A stretch of DNA of 47,467 nt, the filler included, from Jimgerdemannia flammicorona (lineage: Eukaryota), in assembly GCA_003990765.1 (NCBI GenBank). It is 2 parts of 2 records of this genome, joined end to end, with 100 filler letters (N's around TTAATTAATTAA, not from the genome) between each part and the next. Parts side by side here need not be neighbours in the genome. Positions count along the whole stretch, not along the records: positions 23,786 to 47,467 come from RBNJ01001081.1; 1 more part is not named here. The stretch is one strand, 5' to 3'. Position 1 is the stretch's first letter; the number at the start of each line of letters is the position of its first letter. Of the stretch, positions 24,343-35,613 are shown piece after piece. The notes below the pieces were generated by a model. It was not told the origin of the DNA, made no database searches, and saw nothing but the letters and a program-made list of their open reading frames with translations. Position numbers and translations under genes: made by a program.

Positions 24343-25208
24343 TATTTTGTCTGTGAACTTGGCCTGTGAACTTAATGCAACTGTCCTTCTTCTTGAATTG
24401 TTGTCCCAATTGCTGTCAGTCTCCTTGAAGTCAGTTTCTCCCCATCCTTCACAAGGAGGGTTGTCTTGTTTGAGTTCCTCAGTCTGTTGGGTTTGGCATT
24501 TCTCAGATTGAATTTTGAAAACTTTAGAGAGGCATGCATGGCATTCACTAACATGTTCCATGCAGTACATTCGAATGGAATGAGGGCATCATCCACATGA
24601 TGTATAACCATCTGCAATTCTCTTATATCAGTTTTCATCATCTTCCTTTATGGTAGTGACCTTTTGACTGGGAGGTTTGTTGGTTGATCCAAACCCTTTC
24701 TTGCCATAGTCTGTCTGGGAGAGCTCAGGGACTTCTTCAATGGTGAGATCTTGATGGATTTCTTCAATAATTGCTTGGGCAATTCTTTAGTCTATTTTGA
24801 CTTCAAATGATGTATCTCCAAAATTTCGCAAGATAATACAGATTTTGTCAGTAAATCCTTGATCAACTACTCCTCCTCCTAGCCCAATGTTAAACTCTTT
24901 GGCTAGGCTGCTTTGCTTAGCAAGGTGGATGTATATTCCTTTGGGAGCTTGCATTGCAATTCCTGTTCATACTGTAGCATTGGTACTTGGTGGAATAGTG
25001 AGGTCTTGGCTGCTGTAGAGGTCATATCTAGCATCAGTTGGATGGGCCTTAGTGGGAATAGTAGCCTTATACCATATCTTCTGTACTTTGATGACATTCT
25101 CAGGGTTTTTCTTTTCTAGACCTTTTCCAATAACAGTAATGTTCTGGTTACTGGGTTCACCTGACCTGTTTCTCTTCTCAGGGCATCTGACTGAGATGTG
25201 TCCTGCCT
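24343..25208 (-). pseudogene. dut: Fragment of a diverged relative of the G family: zinc-knuckle end, dUTPase and Cys/His linker
   Basis: AGHISVRCP...KATIPTKAHPTDARYDLYS...TGIAMQAP...GGGVVDQGF...RIAQAII...KGFGST, then KRIADGY..G*CPHSIRMYCMEHVSECHAC. Confidence 0.88.
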
Positions 25209-27269
25209 TATAAGAGGGTTGCTTTTTGGGTGACTGTTACATAGTTCTGGAAAGGTTTTCTGGAGGTTCTGGATATTCTGGAAGACTATTTTCTTATGGT
25301 CAAGATCAATTTCGTATAGAGTATGTTCTCTATGCTTATTGATTTCAAGATTGGGTTGATGTCTCAACCAAAGTCCTTTTTCGGACTAGTTCTGGATGTT
25401 CAGAATTTTCCGTATTTCAGGAAGTTCAAGAAACTAAGACCAGCTTAGTTGAATTAGCATATTGCTGCAGACAATACCCAATTAGGAAATTTCGTGATGG
25501 AGTTAGGAGTGGGACCTAACAGGGAGTGGATTTACTTAAGAGTAGTTTGTGGGTTATTAAATAGGTTTATTTGCTATTCATAATATTGCTATACTAGAAA
25601 TAGTTGTATGGAGGGATATTGTAGAGAAGTGTTCAGGAATATTCTTGTGTGTTTGAGTCTGAGATTCTGAGGTCTGGGGGAGTGGGTATTTATACTAGTG
25701 AGGGACTATCTGGACTATGCTGAATATAGATGTAGCACTAAGTGCCTTGCTGAGTCGGAATGCAGTCATATAGTACAAGTGTGATCTGACATGTCAAGAG
25801 ATCGTCTGACTGCTGAGTCAGTTCACAGTCATATCATACAAGGCTAATCTAACTATACTATGACTGCTAGGCTATTTATAGGTTTAGGCACTGTCTGGGT
25901 AGTCTTCAATGATATCACCATCGATTGCATCATCTCTGATGAAGTAGTCATCTAGGAAGAGTGGTTCGCGGATTACTTCTTCTTGTTCACTGAGATAATA
26001 ATACATTGGAACTTCATCACTATCCCACAGAATAGCATCATCTGTCTCATATGCTGGATAAGGTGTTGGTGGGTGAAGGAGGGGTGCATTGTCTTTGCTT
26101 TCATCAGATTTACTGTTTGCATACCTTCTGTAGGTTATAGCACTATGAGTCACGGGGTTGTAGTAAGCTAGTGGCTATAGTTCATGTCACTCATACTCGG
26201 GTGGTGGAGTGGTTGGTTCAATCTCGAGAGTTGTCTGGAGGTACAGATCGTATTCTCCGGTCTCTTCATTGTAGTTGAAGTAATCGGGAGTGAATGTGGG
26301 TTGGTATTCGTATCAGTGGTCATTGTCCCAATAAGTCTTGTATGCTGTTATGAATTATTGTAAGTTCATTGGCAAGATTGGCAGTGTGATCAGGGTTGGC
26401 AGAGATCCTTGGCTAGAGGTCATGTCAGCATCAGAGGGATCATTGTCTTCTGCTTTGTCTTCATCAAAGTAGATTATATCATAGATGTCCTTCATGGCAT
26501 ATCCAACTTGGGGCATTTGTAGGATGTGATCATTGGGGTGTAGGAAGGTTCTGTCTGTGGTTTTGATGTACTCGAGGTACTTGTGGTTGAGTTCTTGTAT
26601 CATGTCATCGATTTGGCCATAGGACAGGGTAGTAACCATTTTGGCTGTAGTAACTTGGAGGTGGGAAATAATGGTGCTATACTCATAGAAGAGTTCTCGA
26701 TGTTTGTGGGCGATAAGCTTCTGATGTTGAGACATCTGGGTAATGTCTGTATCATGGTGGTGTTTGATCATGTCTTCCAGGAGGTGGCCGATCTGATAGT
26801 AGCTTGAGATTTGTCCAATTCGGTGGGCCTTGCTAAGCATGTTCAGAGTATTCCATCAGGCTTCCACAAAATAGAGGGGTGCTAGGCTATGGATATTCAT
26901 GAGGGGTAGAGGGGGTGTGGCTCGGTTGACAATGGCATTCCAAATGTCAGCACGGATACGGGTATAGATCTTGGTGGTCATGTTTGTATATTTGGAAGTT
27001 GTAGTTGTTGTTTGTTTTGGTTCTCTGATTCGATACATCTCGGTGCTCGGTATATATACATTTGATCCTAATTGGTAAGATTCTGTTTATGTAAATCTTG
27101 TATTCTGTGACTTTGTATTGACTCAGCTTTGTGTGCTGTGACTTCGGTTTGACTCAGCTTCGTGATCAGGCAGGTGATTTCCAGATTTGTTCAGAGCTCG
27201 CATGTAATTTCAGTGGCTTGTTTAGAGGGTGATGTGTAATTTTGGTGGCTTGGAGGTTGTGTGCTTACA
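25209..27269 (-). repeat. G1 3' LTR (2061 bp)
   Basis: Direct repeat of 33556-35613 and inverted copy of 41332-43382. Confidence 0.95.
25884..26981 (-). pseudogene. U3-encoded ORF of unknown function (copy in the G1 3' LTR)
   Basis: 1098 bp in one frame, MTTKIY...DYPDSA*. Internal stops are sense codons in other copies. Confidence 0.8.
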
Positions 27270-27481
27270 ACTCTCTCCTTCTTAGCTTTTGACATTCTCA
27301 TCGGGACCTTTTAATTTTGTTCAGTGGTACAGGGAGAATAGGCTTACTTTTGGTTTTGCCATTTTTCCAGAGGGTCAGTATTCTTGTCTTGTTTTGCTGA
27401 GTTCTTGGTTTGGTTTGCAATAATTATAATGTTCAGGAGGATAATATATAGTATGTACAGATAGGTGCAGAGTATTTGGTT

Positions 27482-30400
27482 CTAGTTATTCAAGGAATCA
27501 TATTCCAGAACTAGGTCAGTAGCATTCTGGAGATTGGTCTTGAGTTCCCAGGTTACATTGTGGATTAGATAATCTTTCCATTTGATAAGGTACTCAGGGT
27601 GGCTCTTGTTGCCACATTTTTTGAGGATTTGTTCAACTTCATACTCTTCTTGATCATTAATAATGATAGGTGCAGGTGGTTTGGTGGTCCAGTTTGGAAA
27701 TAACTCATCATCATTCTCATTGTGTCACTTGAGACATTGAACATTAAAGACTGGGTGAATCTTAATAGTATCCAGTAGTGCCAATTTGTAGGAGGTTGGA
27801 GAGACTTATGCAATGACTTCAAATGGTCTAATGAACTTGCTGTTTAGCTTTGTAGATGGTCTGTGCTTGAGGTTGTCAACTCGGTATCCTCTGATGTCTA
27901 GTAGAACATTTTCTCCAATATCAAAGGTTTCTTCTTGGCAGTGTTGGTTAACATACTGTGACTGTTGTTCTTGAGCTTGTGATAAATTCTCGATGGCAAT
28001 CTGGCTTAGATTGTGCATTTGGAGTAAGAATTCTTCAACAGCTTCAACTGTAGAGGGTTCTTCAGTAGTTCAGATAAGTGTCAAAGGGGTGTTTGGATTT
28101 TGTCCAGTGTTGGCAAAGAATGGGGCCATTCTGAGAGAGGCTTGCTTGCTATTATTATAGGCAAACTCGACTGCAGTGAGGTTTTCATGCCAGTTATCTT
28201 GTCTGTAGGAAACATAGTTCCTTAGCATTTGTTTCAGAGTTCGGTTCATTCTTTCAGTTTGGCCATCAGTTTCTGGGTGAAAGGCTGTGGATAGTGCAAG
28301 TTTTGTTCCAAGGTGTGTATAGAGGGCTTTCCAAAAATGGCTGGTAAATTTTGAGTCTCGGTCACACAATGATCTTGAGAAGACCATAATAGTGAAAGAT
28401 ATTGTCAAACAAGAGTGTGGCTATATCTAGTGCTGTTGCAGTAGTGGTAGTAGACACAAAGTGGGCTTGTTTGCTGAGATAGTCCACAAAGACAACAATT
28501 GCATCTTTTCCGTTCTTGGTTCAGAGTAGTTATATAATGAAGTCCATAGATATTTGTTCCCAATTTGTAGATGGTACTAGGATAGAGTGAAGTAAGCTGG
28601 GTGTTGCTAGTATTGAGGACTTGTTTCATTGGTAGGCATCACAGAAAGTGATGTAGGTTTTGAGCTGATCTGCTATGTGAGGCCAATAGAAGTTTTGGGA
28701 GATAACTTCATAACATTTATCAAATCCTAAATGTCCAGCTATAGGGACATCATGACATTCAAATAGGATAGTCCTTTGGAGGTCTCGGTTGTTTGGGACA
28801 TACAGTCTGTCTTTGTAGTAGATAGCATTGTCCTTTAGTTGGTATTGATGATACTGTGTATGCTTGTCAGCATCATCACTATTCAGGATTTCTCGCAGTG
28901 CTTGAGCTTCCTTATCATCAGCACATGCTGTGATAATTTGTTCCATGATGGAGTTTGTAACCAAGGTGAGAGTTTGGATAATCTCTTTGATTGGTGGTCT
29001 GGAGATTGCATTGGCAACAATATTTTTCTTGCTGGAGCAGTACTGGATTTCATAGTCAAAGTTGGTGAAGACTTTCATCCATCTGGCCTGCTTTCAAGAA
29101 AGGGTAGCCTGTGTCTTAATATTGACTAATAATTTGTGGTCAGTCAATATGGTGAAGTGTGCTCCTTCTAGGTAGGGTTGCCATTTGATCAGAGTATTTA
29201 CAATGGCTAGTATTTCCTTCTCATGGGTTACATAGTTAATTTCAGCATCATTGAATTTGCAGGAGTGATAGGCCACAGGGTATCCTTCTTGCATGAGTAC
29301 TGCTCCAAGGGCTAGGTCAGAGGCATTAGTAGTAACTTCATATGACAGTGCAGGGTTTGCCACTTGAAGTACTAGAGTGGTTATCAGGGCATCCTTTAGT
29401 GCTTGAAAGGTGGTATCTTGCTCAGGTCCCCAAGTTACAAGATTGTTGAAGTCTTTCTCTTCTTTTATAGTCCAGGGTTGTTCTTATTTCTTGCTATGCT
29501 TGGTCATTTGGGTGAGGGTGATAGTGATTTTAGCAAAGTTGGCAACAAATCACCTATAATAGTTTGCTAATCCCAGAAATAACTGGAGGTCTTTCAGCTT
29601 CTTGGATCTGGGCCAATCCTTGATTGCAGAGATTTTGCTGGAGTCCACTTTGATTCCATTTGGAGTGATAATGTTTCCAAGGAATTGAATTTCTTTCAGG
29701 AGAAATTCGCACTTGCTGAGTTTTGCAAAGAGTCAGTTTTCTCAGAGTTTCAGTAGTACTAGTTCAAGATGTTCAAGATGTTCCTCCAGGGTTTTGCTGA
29801 AGACTAGGATGTCGTCAATATAAACAACAATGAATTTGTCTAAGTATGGATACAGAATGGTATTCATCAGTGTCTGGAAGGTTACTGGGGTATTAGTTAA
29901 GCCAAAGGGCATAACCAGGAACTCGAAGTGTCCATAGTGAGTTCAGAAAGCTGTCTTGTAGATGTCTTCTTCTTTTATAGCAATTTGCCAATAGCCATTT
30001 CACAGGTCAAAGGAGCTTATGAATTGTGGGTTAGTAAGTCTATTGAATATTTCATCAATCCTCAGTAGTGGGCAATAGTTCTTTATGGTCTGTTCATTGA
30101 GATCATGGTAGTTAATGCACATTTGTAGGTCTCCTCCTTTTTTGACAACAAAGAGGACCGGTGTGCCATAGGGTGATACACTGGGTCTGATGAATCTTTA
30201 TTCTAGGAGTTCGTCAATTTCTTTCTTGAGTGCATCAATTTCTCTTGGAGACATGTGGTAGATTGACTTGAAGGCTGGTTTGGTGTTTGGGATAGTCTTG
30301 ATGGCATGGTCTACTGCTCATTTAGGAGGTAGGCCTTTTGGGAGTTTCTTTAGGAATATGTCTCGAAATTTCTGGAGTAGTGGTCTGACATGGCTGTCAA

Positions 30401-33400
30401 CTTTGGAAAAATCTTCTTCAGAGTTCTTAGATTCTCCTTTGGATGGGCAGATGGAGATGGCGAAGAGAGGGCATTTCTTGGCCAATTTCTTAAGTTGTAG
30501 CTTATTGATGTGGGTGATCTTTGGTCCAGGGTCACCAGAATTAAGTAAGTCCTTTTTGCCTTGCAGTTTGAAGTTGTGGCATCCTTTCTTGATGGTCAGA
30601 GAATGGTTTACCCAATTGATCATAGGGTTCTCTTGTTTTAACCATGGAGTCCCAAGGATGATTTTATTGTCAGGAAGTGGTACAATTTGGAGGGTAACAT
30701 ATACTTGATAGTTGCCAATTTGGAAGAGTAGATTGTAAACTTCTTTGCTAATAACATGTGAGGTTCCATCAGCTGTAGCAACTGCTTGAGTTTGCTATAC
30801 TGGAGAGGTGAAGATCTTGAGTCTGTTGGCTGTCTCTTTATTGATAAAGTTGTCTGAGGCACCACTGTCTATCATAATCTTGACAGGTGCTTGGTTGACA
30901 AAAGCCTTAAGTGTGAGCAGTTTGTCTGATCCAATGGTGGTGATTTCAGTTATAGGAGCTTTCCTTTTATTAGTTCTTCTTTGTGCCAGTTCATTGACAC
31001 AAGAGAAGCAATCATCAATCATTTGGGAAGAGTACATTCCAATGCCATGAGGGCATCGGCCACTTGGTATATATCCATCTTCAATCTTCTTGTAGAATTG
31101 TTCTTCTTTGCTCATGGTAGATTGGGCTGGGGCCTTGTTTGATGAGCCAAATCCTTTGGATCCTTGGATGGTGGGCAGTAGTTCAGGGACTTCCTTGACT
31201 GTCAGGGTTGACTCGATTTTTTTGAATAGGATCTGAGTGATGCAGAAACCATTAGAGATCTTGAAGGGTGTCCAACTGTGGTTTCGGATGAGGACAATAA
31301 TTTCGCCTGTGTAATCCTCATCAATGACTCCTTCTACTGAGAGTCCTTTCAATGCTAGGCTGCTGCGACAGCATATTCTTCCAACATGTCCTTCAGGGAT
31401 TTGGATACTGATTTCTGTGTAGACTTGTTTGACTTCTCGGTTGAAAACTGTAGCTTCTTCGGCTGCATACAGGTCATATCTAGCTGCTTTCTGACTTCCT
31501 TTGGTTGGGGCCTTAGCAGTTTGTCTTAACTTCACAAAGTCTAGTATTCTGGTAGTCAGGTTGTTGAGGTGGTGCAGAGTGGTAACAGTTGTTCTTGTTG
31601 CTGTTCGGGGTTTTTAGTTAGGGCAGGCGCTGGTCATATGTCCTGTCTTTCAGCAATAGAAGCATGCTCCACTTCTTCGAAGTTCATTCCTTTCACCTTC
31701 AGTAAGTTTCTTGAAGGTACTTGGCTGGGTGGGTTCATGATTTCTGGGTGTCCCAGAGGTGGATGTGGATGGAGCTTGGGATGCTTCATGCTTGGGTTCT
31801 TCTTTCTTGGTCCAAGTCCTTTTCTTGTTGTTGAATTGTCTTTGGGGCAGAATTGGTCCAGCTGTTAGGATTCGCTTGACCATAGTCTTGATTCTTACCA
31901 GGCACCATTATTAGTGATCACAACCAACTGGGTGGCCTTATTCTCAGATTTTTCTAATAAGCCATTCAGGTAGGGCATCGAATAAATGGTCTGCTCTTGT
32001 ACCATTTTGTGTTTCATCATTGGTGATATATCCTAGGCCAACAGTATTCAGGAGTGACTCGAGTTTTGTACAGAAGGTTTCGAATTCTTCTTTGTCATGT
32101 ACATCGAATTTGAGGTTGCAGAGTTTTACTTGGGATTCAGCAATCATGGTTTTGCTGTAGTATTGGGCAATCATGAGTTGTTTGAGTTCAGGGGCTGCAG
32201 GATGGGCTCCATATCCTGGGGCATTGTTTGCTACATTCTGAGCAACTACTGCAGGTTGGGTATCCCATGTGAGGGGTTTTTCAGGAAGGGTTCACCACCA
32301 TTCTTCAGCAGGTTCTCAGAAGAATGTAACATCTCAGCGGACATAGGCTGTAGTGGTAGCAAAGAGTTGTTCCAGAGTGTGGTCTTGATTGTTTGTCAGA
32401 ATGTGGTCAGTAACTCGCTCATTTGTCCATTGATTGGCTTTGAAGTTAGTGTCAACTACACTAATGAAGCTTTGGACTTCTTGTGCAGTACCATTGAAGG
32501 TAGGTAGGCTCAGATTTTTGGTAGGTCAGGTCTGTTCAGCTAAGGTAGTAATGATTGCTGCCATTATGGCTACCTAGACTATGAGGTCTAGAATCTGTTG
32601 GTTCACCATGTTGTTTACTGGAGGTGGTTGGACTACTGGTACTACTTGAGGTACTGGTGCAGAGTGTGATGGGGTTCTTTGGGTCTGTATAAGTTGCTGA
32701 AGTAGTAGTTGTGGATCTGGAGTAAGGGCTTGATAGATAGCTGTTTGTTACTGTGTAGGTGTATTTTGTCCTGATGGAGGTACTTCACCTTTGGTAGTAT
32801 ATCTGGGATCGAATTCACTAAGATACTCCTCCTCTTCTTCAGTTTGGTCCCCATGTAATTGGGTTTGCTTGGTGTCAAAGTAGATGGAATCAGTTATATA
32901 TCTGATTTCAGATGGACTTAATTCAAGGTCAAGTTCAGGTTTGGTATTGGTTTCAGATTCAGGTAGGATTGTAGTAGAGCCTGCTTCAGGTTCAGAGTCA
33001 GGTAGTTGATGAAGAGTTTCTCTTGCTTCTTCTTTAAGAATATGGCAGACCTTGCTGTTCTGGAATCGGTAGTATAATGTGGTCTTGGTCCTGGTATGGT
33101 GAAAATCGGTAGAGTTGAGCCACTTGACTACAGAGGCTTGAGCTTTGTAAGGAACTAAGGCTAGAAAGACTGCTGCTGGTTGTCCTAGGTCACTTGGGTT
33201 TATGGAGCTGACAAAACTCTTGTTGAGAAGAGTAAAGAAGGCTTCAATAAGACCTTCTTCATCTTGACTTGCTGGGTGTAGTGCAAGGAGTTCGGTGAAT
33301 AGGGTTTCACCTATTTGCTTGTTTAGTCAGAGTACTTCTTTTTTTGAATGAAGTTTGTCCCACTTGTTGTAGGTGTGGAGGTCAAATTGTCCTTGTACGT

Positions 33401-33540
33401 CAGGTTCAATTCTCTCCAGATTGTCAGATGGTTCGGATAAATTCCAGTTCAGAGGTTGGGCTTTATACCAACTTATAGGAATTCGCAGAGGGGTTTGTAG
33501 TAGGGTTAGGAAGCATCTTGAAGCAGAATTGGATTGTAAA
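27482..33540 (-). pseudogene. gag-pol: G1 gag-pol (Gag-dUTPase-PR-RT-RH-IN-chromodomain), decayed
   Basis: GACFYC; dUTPase ARYDLYA, RSSLALKG, KGFGSS; protease [19 protein letters not shown]; RNase H TTNASDLALGAVL, TDHK; integrase GHLGFDK, DRDSKFTS, FHPETDGQTER; chromodomain YLIKWK. Confidence 0.95.
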
Positions 33541-33555
33541 CCACTGCTACCAAGT

Positions 33556-35613
33556 TGTAAGAGAGTTGCTTTTTTAGGATAACTGTTACATAGTTCTGGA
33601 ATGGTTTTCTGGAGGTTCTAGATGTTCTGGAAGACCATTTTCTTATGGTCAAGATCAATTTTGTATGGAGTACATCCTCTAAACTTATTGATTTCAAGAT
33701 CAGATTGATGTCTCAACCAAAGTCCTTTTTTTGGATGTTTAGGATTTTCCGTATTTCAGAAAGTTCAAGAAACTAAGACCAGCTTAGTTGAATTGGTATA
33801 TCGCTGCAGACAATATCTAATTAGGAAATTTCGGAATGGGGTTAGGAGTGGGACCTAATGGGGAGTGGATTTACTTAAGAGTGGTTTGTGGGTTATTAAA
33901 TAGGTTTATTCGCTATTCATAATATTGCTATATGTACTAGGAGTTGGTTGTGTGAAGAGATATTTGTGGGGAAGTGTTCAGAAATGTTCTTGTGTATTTG
34001 AGTCTGAGATTCTGAGGTCTGGGGAAGGGGTATTTATACTAGTGAGGGGCTATCTGGACTATACTAGATGTGGATGTAGCACTAAGTGCCTTACTGAGTT
34101 GGAATGCAGTCATGTAGTATAAGTGTGATCTGACATGTCAAGAGATCATCTGACTGCTAAGTTAGTTTACAGTCACATTGTACAAGGCTAATCTAACTAT
34201 ACTATGACTGCTAGGCTATTTATAGGTTTAGGCACTGTCTAGGTAGTCTTTGATGACATCACCATCGATTGCATCATCTCTGATAAAGTAGTTATCTAGG
34301 AAGAGTGGTTCGCAGATTACTTCTCCTTGTTCGCTGAGGTAATAATACATTGGAACTTCATCACCATCCCACAGAATAGCATCATCTGTCTCATATACTG
34401 AATAAGGTATTGGTGGGCAAAGGAGGGGTGTATCATCTTCACTTTCATTGAATTTGCTGTCTGTATACCTTCTGTAGGTTACAGCACTATAAGTTGCAGG
34501 GTTGTAATAAGCTGGTGGCTGTGGTTCATATTGCTCATACTCGGGTAGTGGAGTGGTTGGTTCAATCTCAAGGGTTGTCTGGAGGTACAGGTCATGTTCT
34601 CTGGTCTCTTCATTGTAGTTAAAGTAATCAGGAGTGAACGCAGGTTGGTATTCATGCCAGTGGTCATTGTCCCAATAAGTCTCATATGCTGTTATGAATT
34701 ATTGTAAGTTCATTGGTAAGGTTGGTGGTGTGATCAGGGTTGGCAGAGATCCTTGACTAGAGGTCATGTCAGCATCAGAGGGATCATTATCTTCTGCTTT
34801 ATCTTCATCGAAGTGGATTATATCATAGATGTCCTTCATGGTGTATCCAACTTGGGACATTTGCAGAATATGATCATTGGGGTGTGGGAAGGTTCTGTCT
34901 GTAGTTTTGGCATACTCGAGGTACTTGTGGTTGAGTTCTTATATCATGTTGTCGATTTGGCCATAGAATAGGGTAGTAACCATTTTGGCTGTAGTAACTC
35001 GGAGGTAGGGAATAATGGTGCTATACTCATAGAAGAGTTCTCAATGTTTGCAGGCAATGAGCTTCTGGTGTTGAGACATCTGGGTGATGTCTGTATCATG
35101 GTGGTGTTTGATCATGTCTTCCAGGAGGCAGCCGATCTGGTAGTAGCTTGAGATTTGTCTGATTCAGTGGGCCTCACTAAGCATGTTCAGAGCATTCCAT
35201 CGGGCTTCCATAAAGTAGAGGGGTGCTAGACTATGGATATTCATGAGGGGCAGAGGGGGTGTGGCTTGGTTGATAATGGCATTCCCAATGTCAGCACGGA
35301 TACAGGTATAGATCTTGGTGGTTATGTTTGTGTGTTTGGAAGTTGTAGTTATTATTTGTTTTGGTTCTCTGATTCGACGCATTTCAGTACTTGGTATATA
35401 TGTATTTGATCCTGATTGGTAAGATTCCATTTGTATAAATCTTGTATTCTGTGACTTCATATTGACTCAGCTTTGTGTGCTGTGACTTCGGTTTGACTCA
35501 GCTTCATGATCAAACAGGTGATTTCCAGATTTATTCAGAGGTCATGTGTGATTTCAGTGGCTTGTTCAGAGGGTGACATGTAATTTCAGTGGCTTGGAGG
35601 TTGTGCACTTACA
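33556..35613 (-). repeat. G1 5' LTR (2058 bp)
   Basis: TG...CA termini; followed by the PBS on the minus strand. Confidence 0.95.
34228..35325 (-). pseudogene. U3-encoded ORF (copy in the G1 5' LTR)
   Basis: Same 1098-bp frame. The start has decayed to ATA. Reads MEARWNALN through a position that is TGA in two other copies. Confidence 0.78.

Larger units (their letters stand above)
25209..35613 (-). mobile_element. G1: full-length chromodomain Ty3/Gypsy retrotransposon with dUTPase and ~2.06-kb ORF-containing LTRs
   Basis: LTRs at 25209-27269 and 33556-35613. PBS TGGTAGCAGTGG (33541-33552). PPT AAGAAGGAGAGAGT next to 27269. All pol domains present. The flanks (TGCCT vs CTATG) do not form a TSD. 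Confidence 0.95.

Noticed and set aside
33506..33697. Gag initiating inside the 5' LTR (track ORF reading through the PBS)
   Set aside because: It depends on an extra A in a homopolymer in this one copy. Other copies put a stop in that frame.
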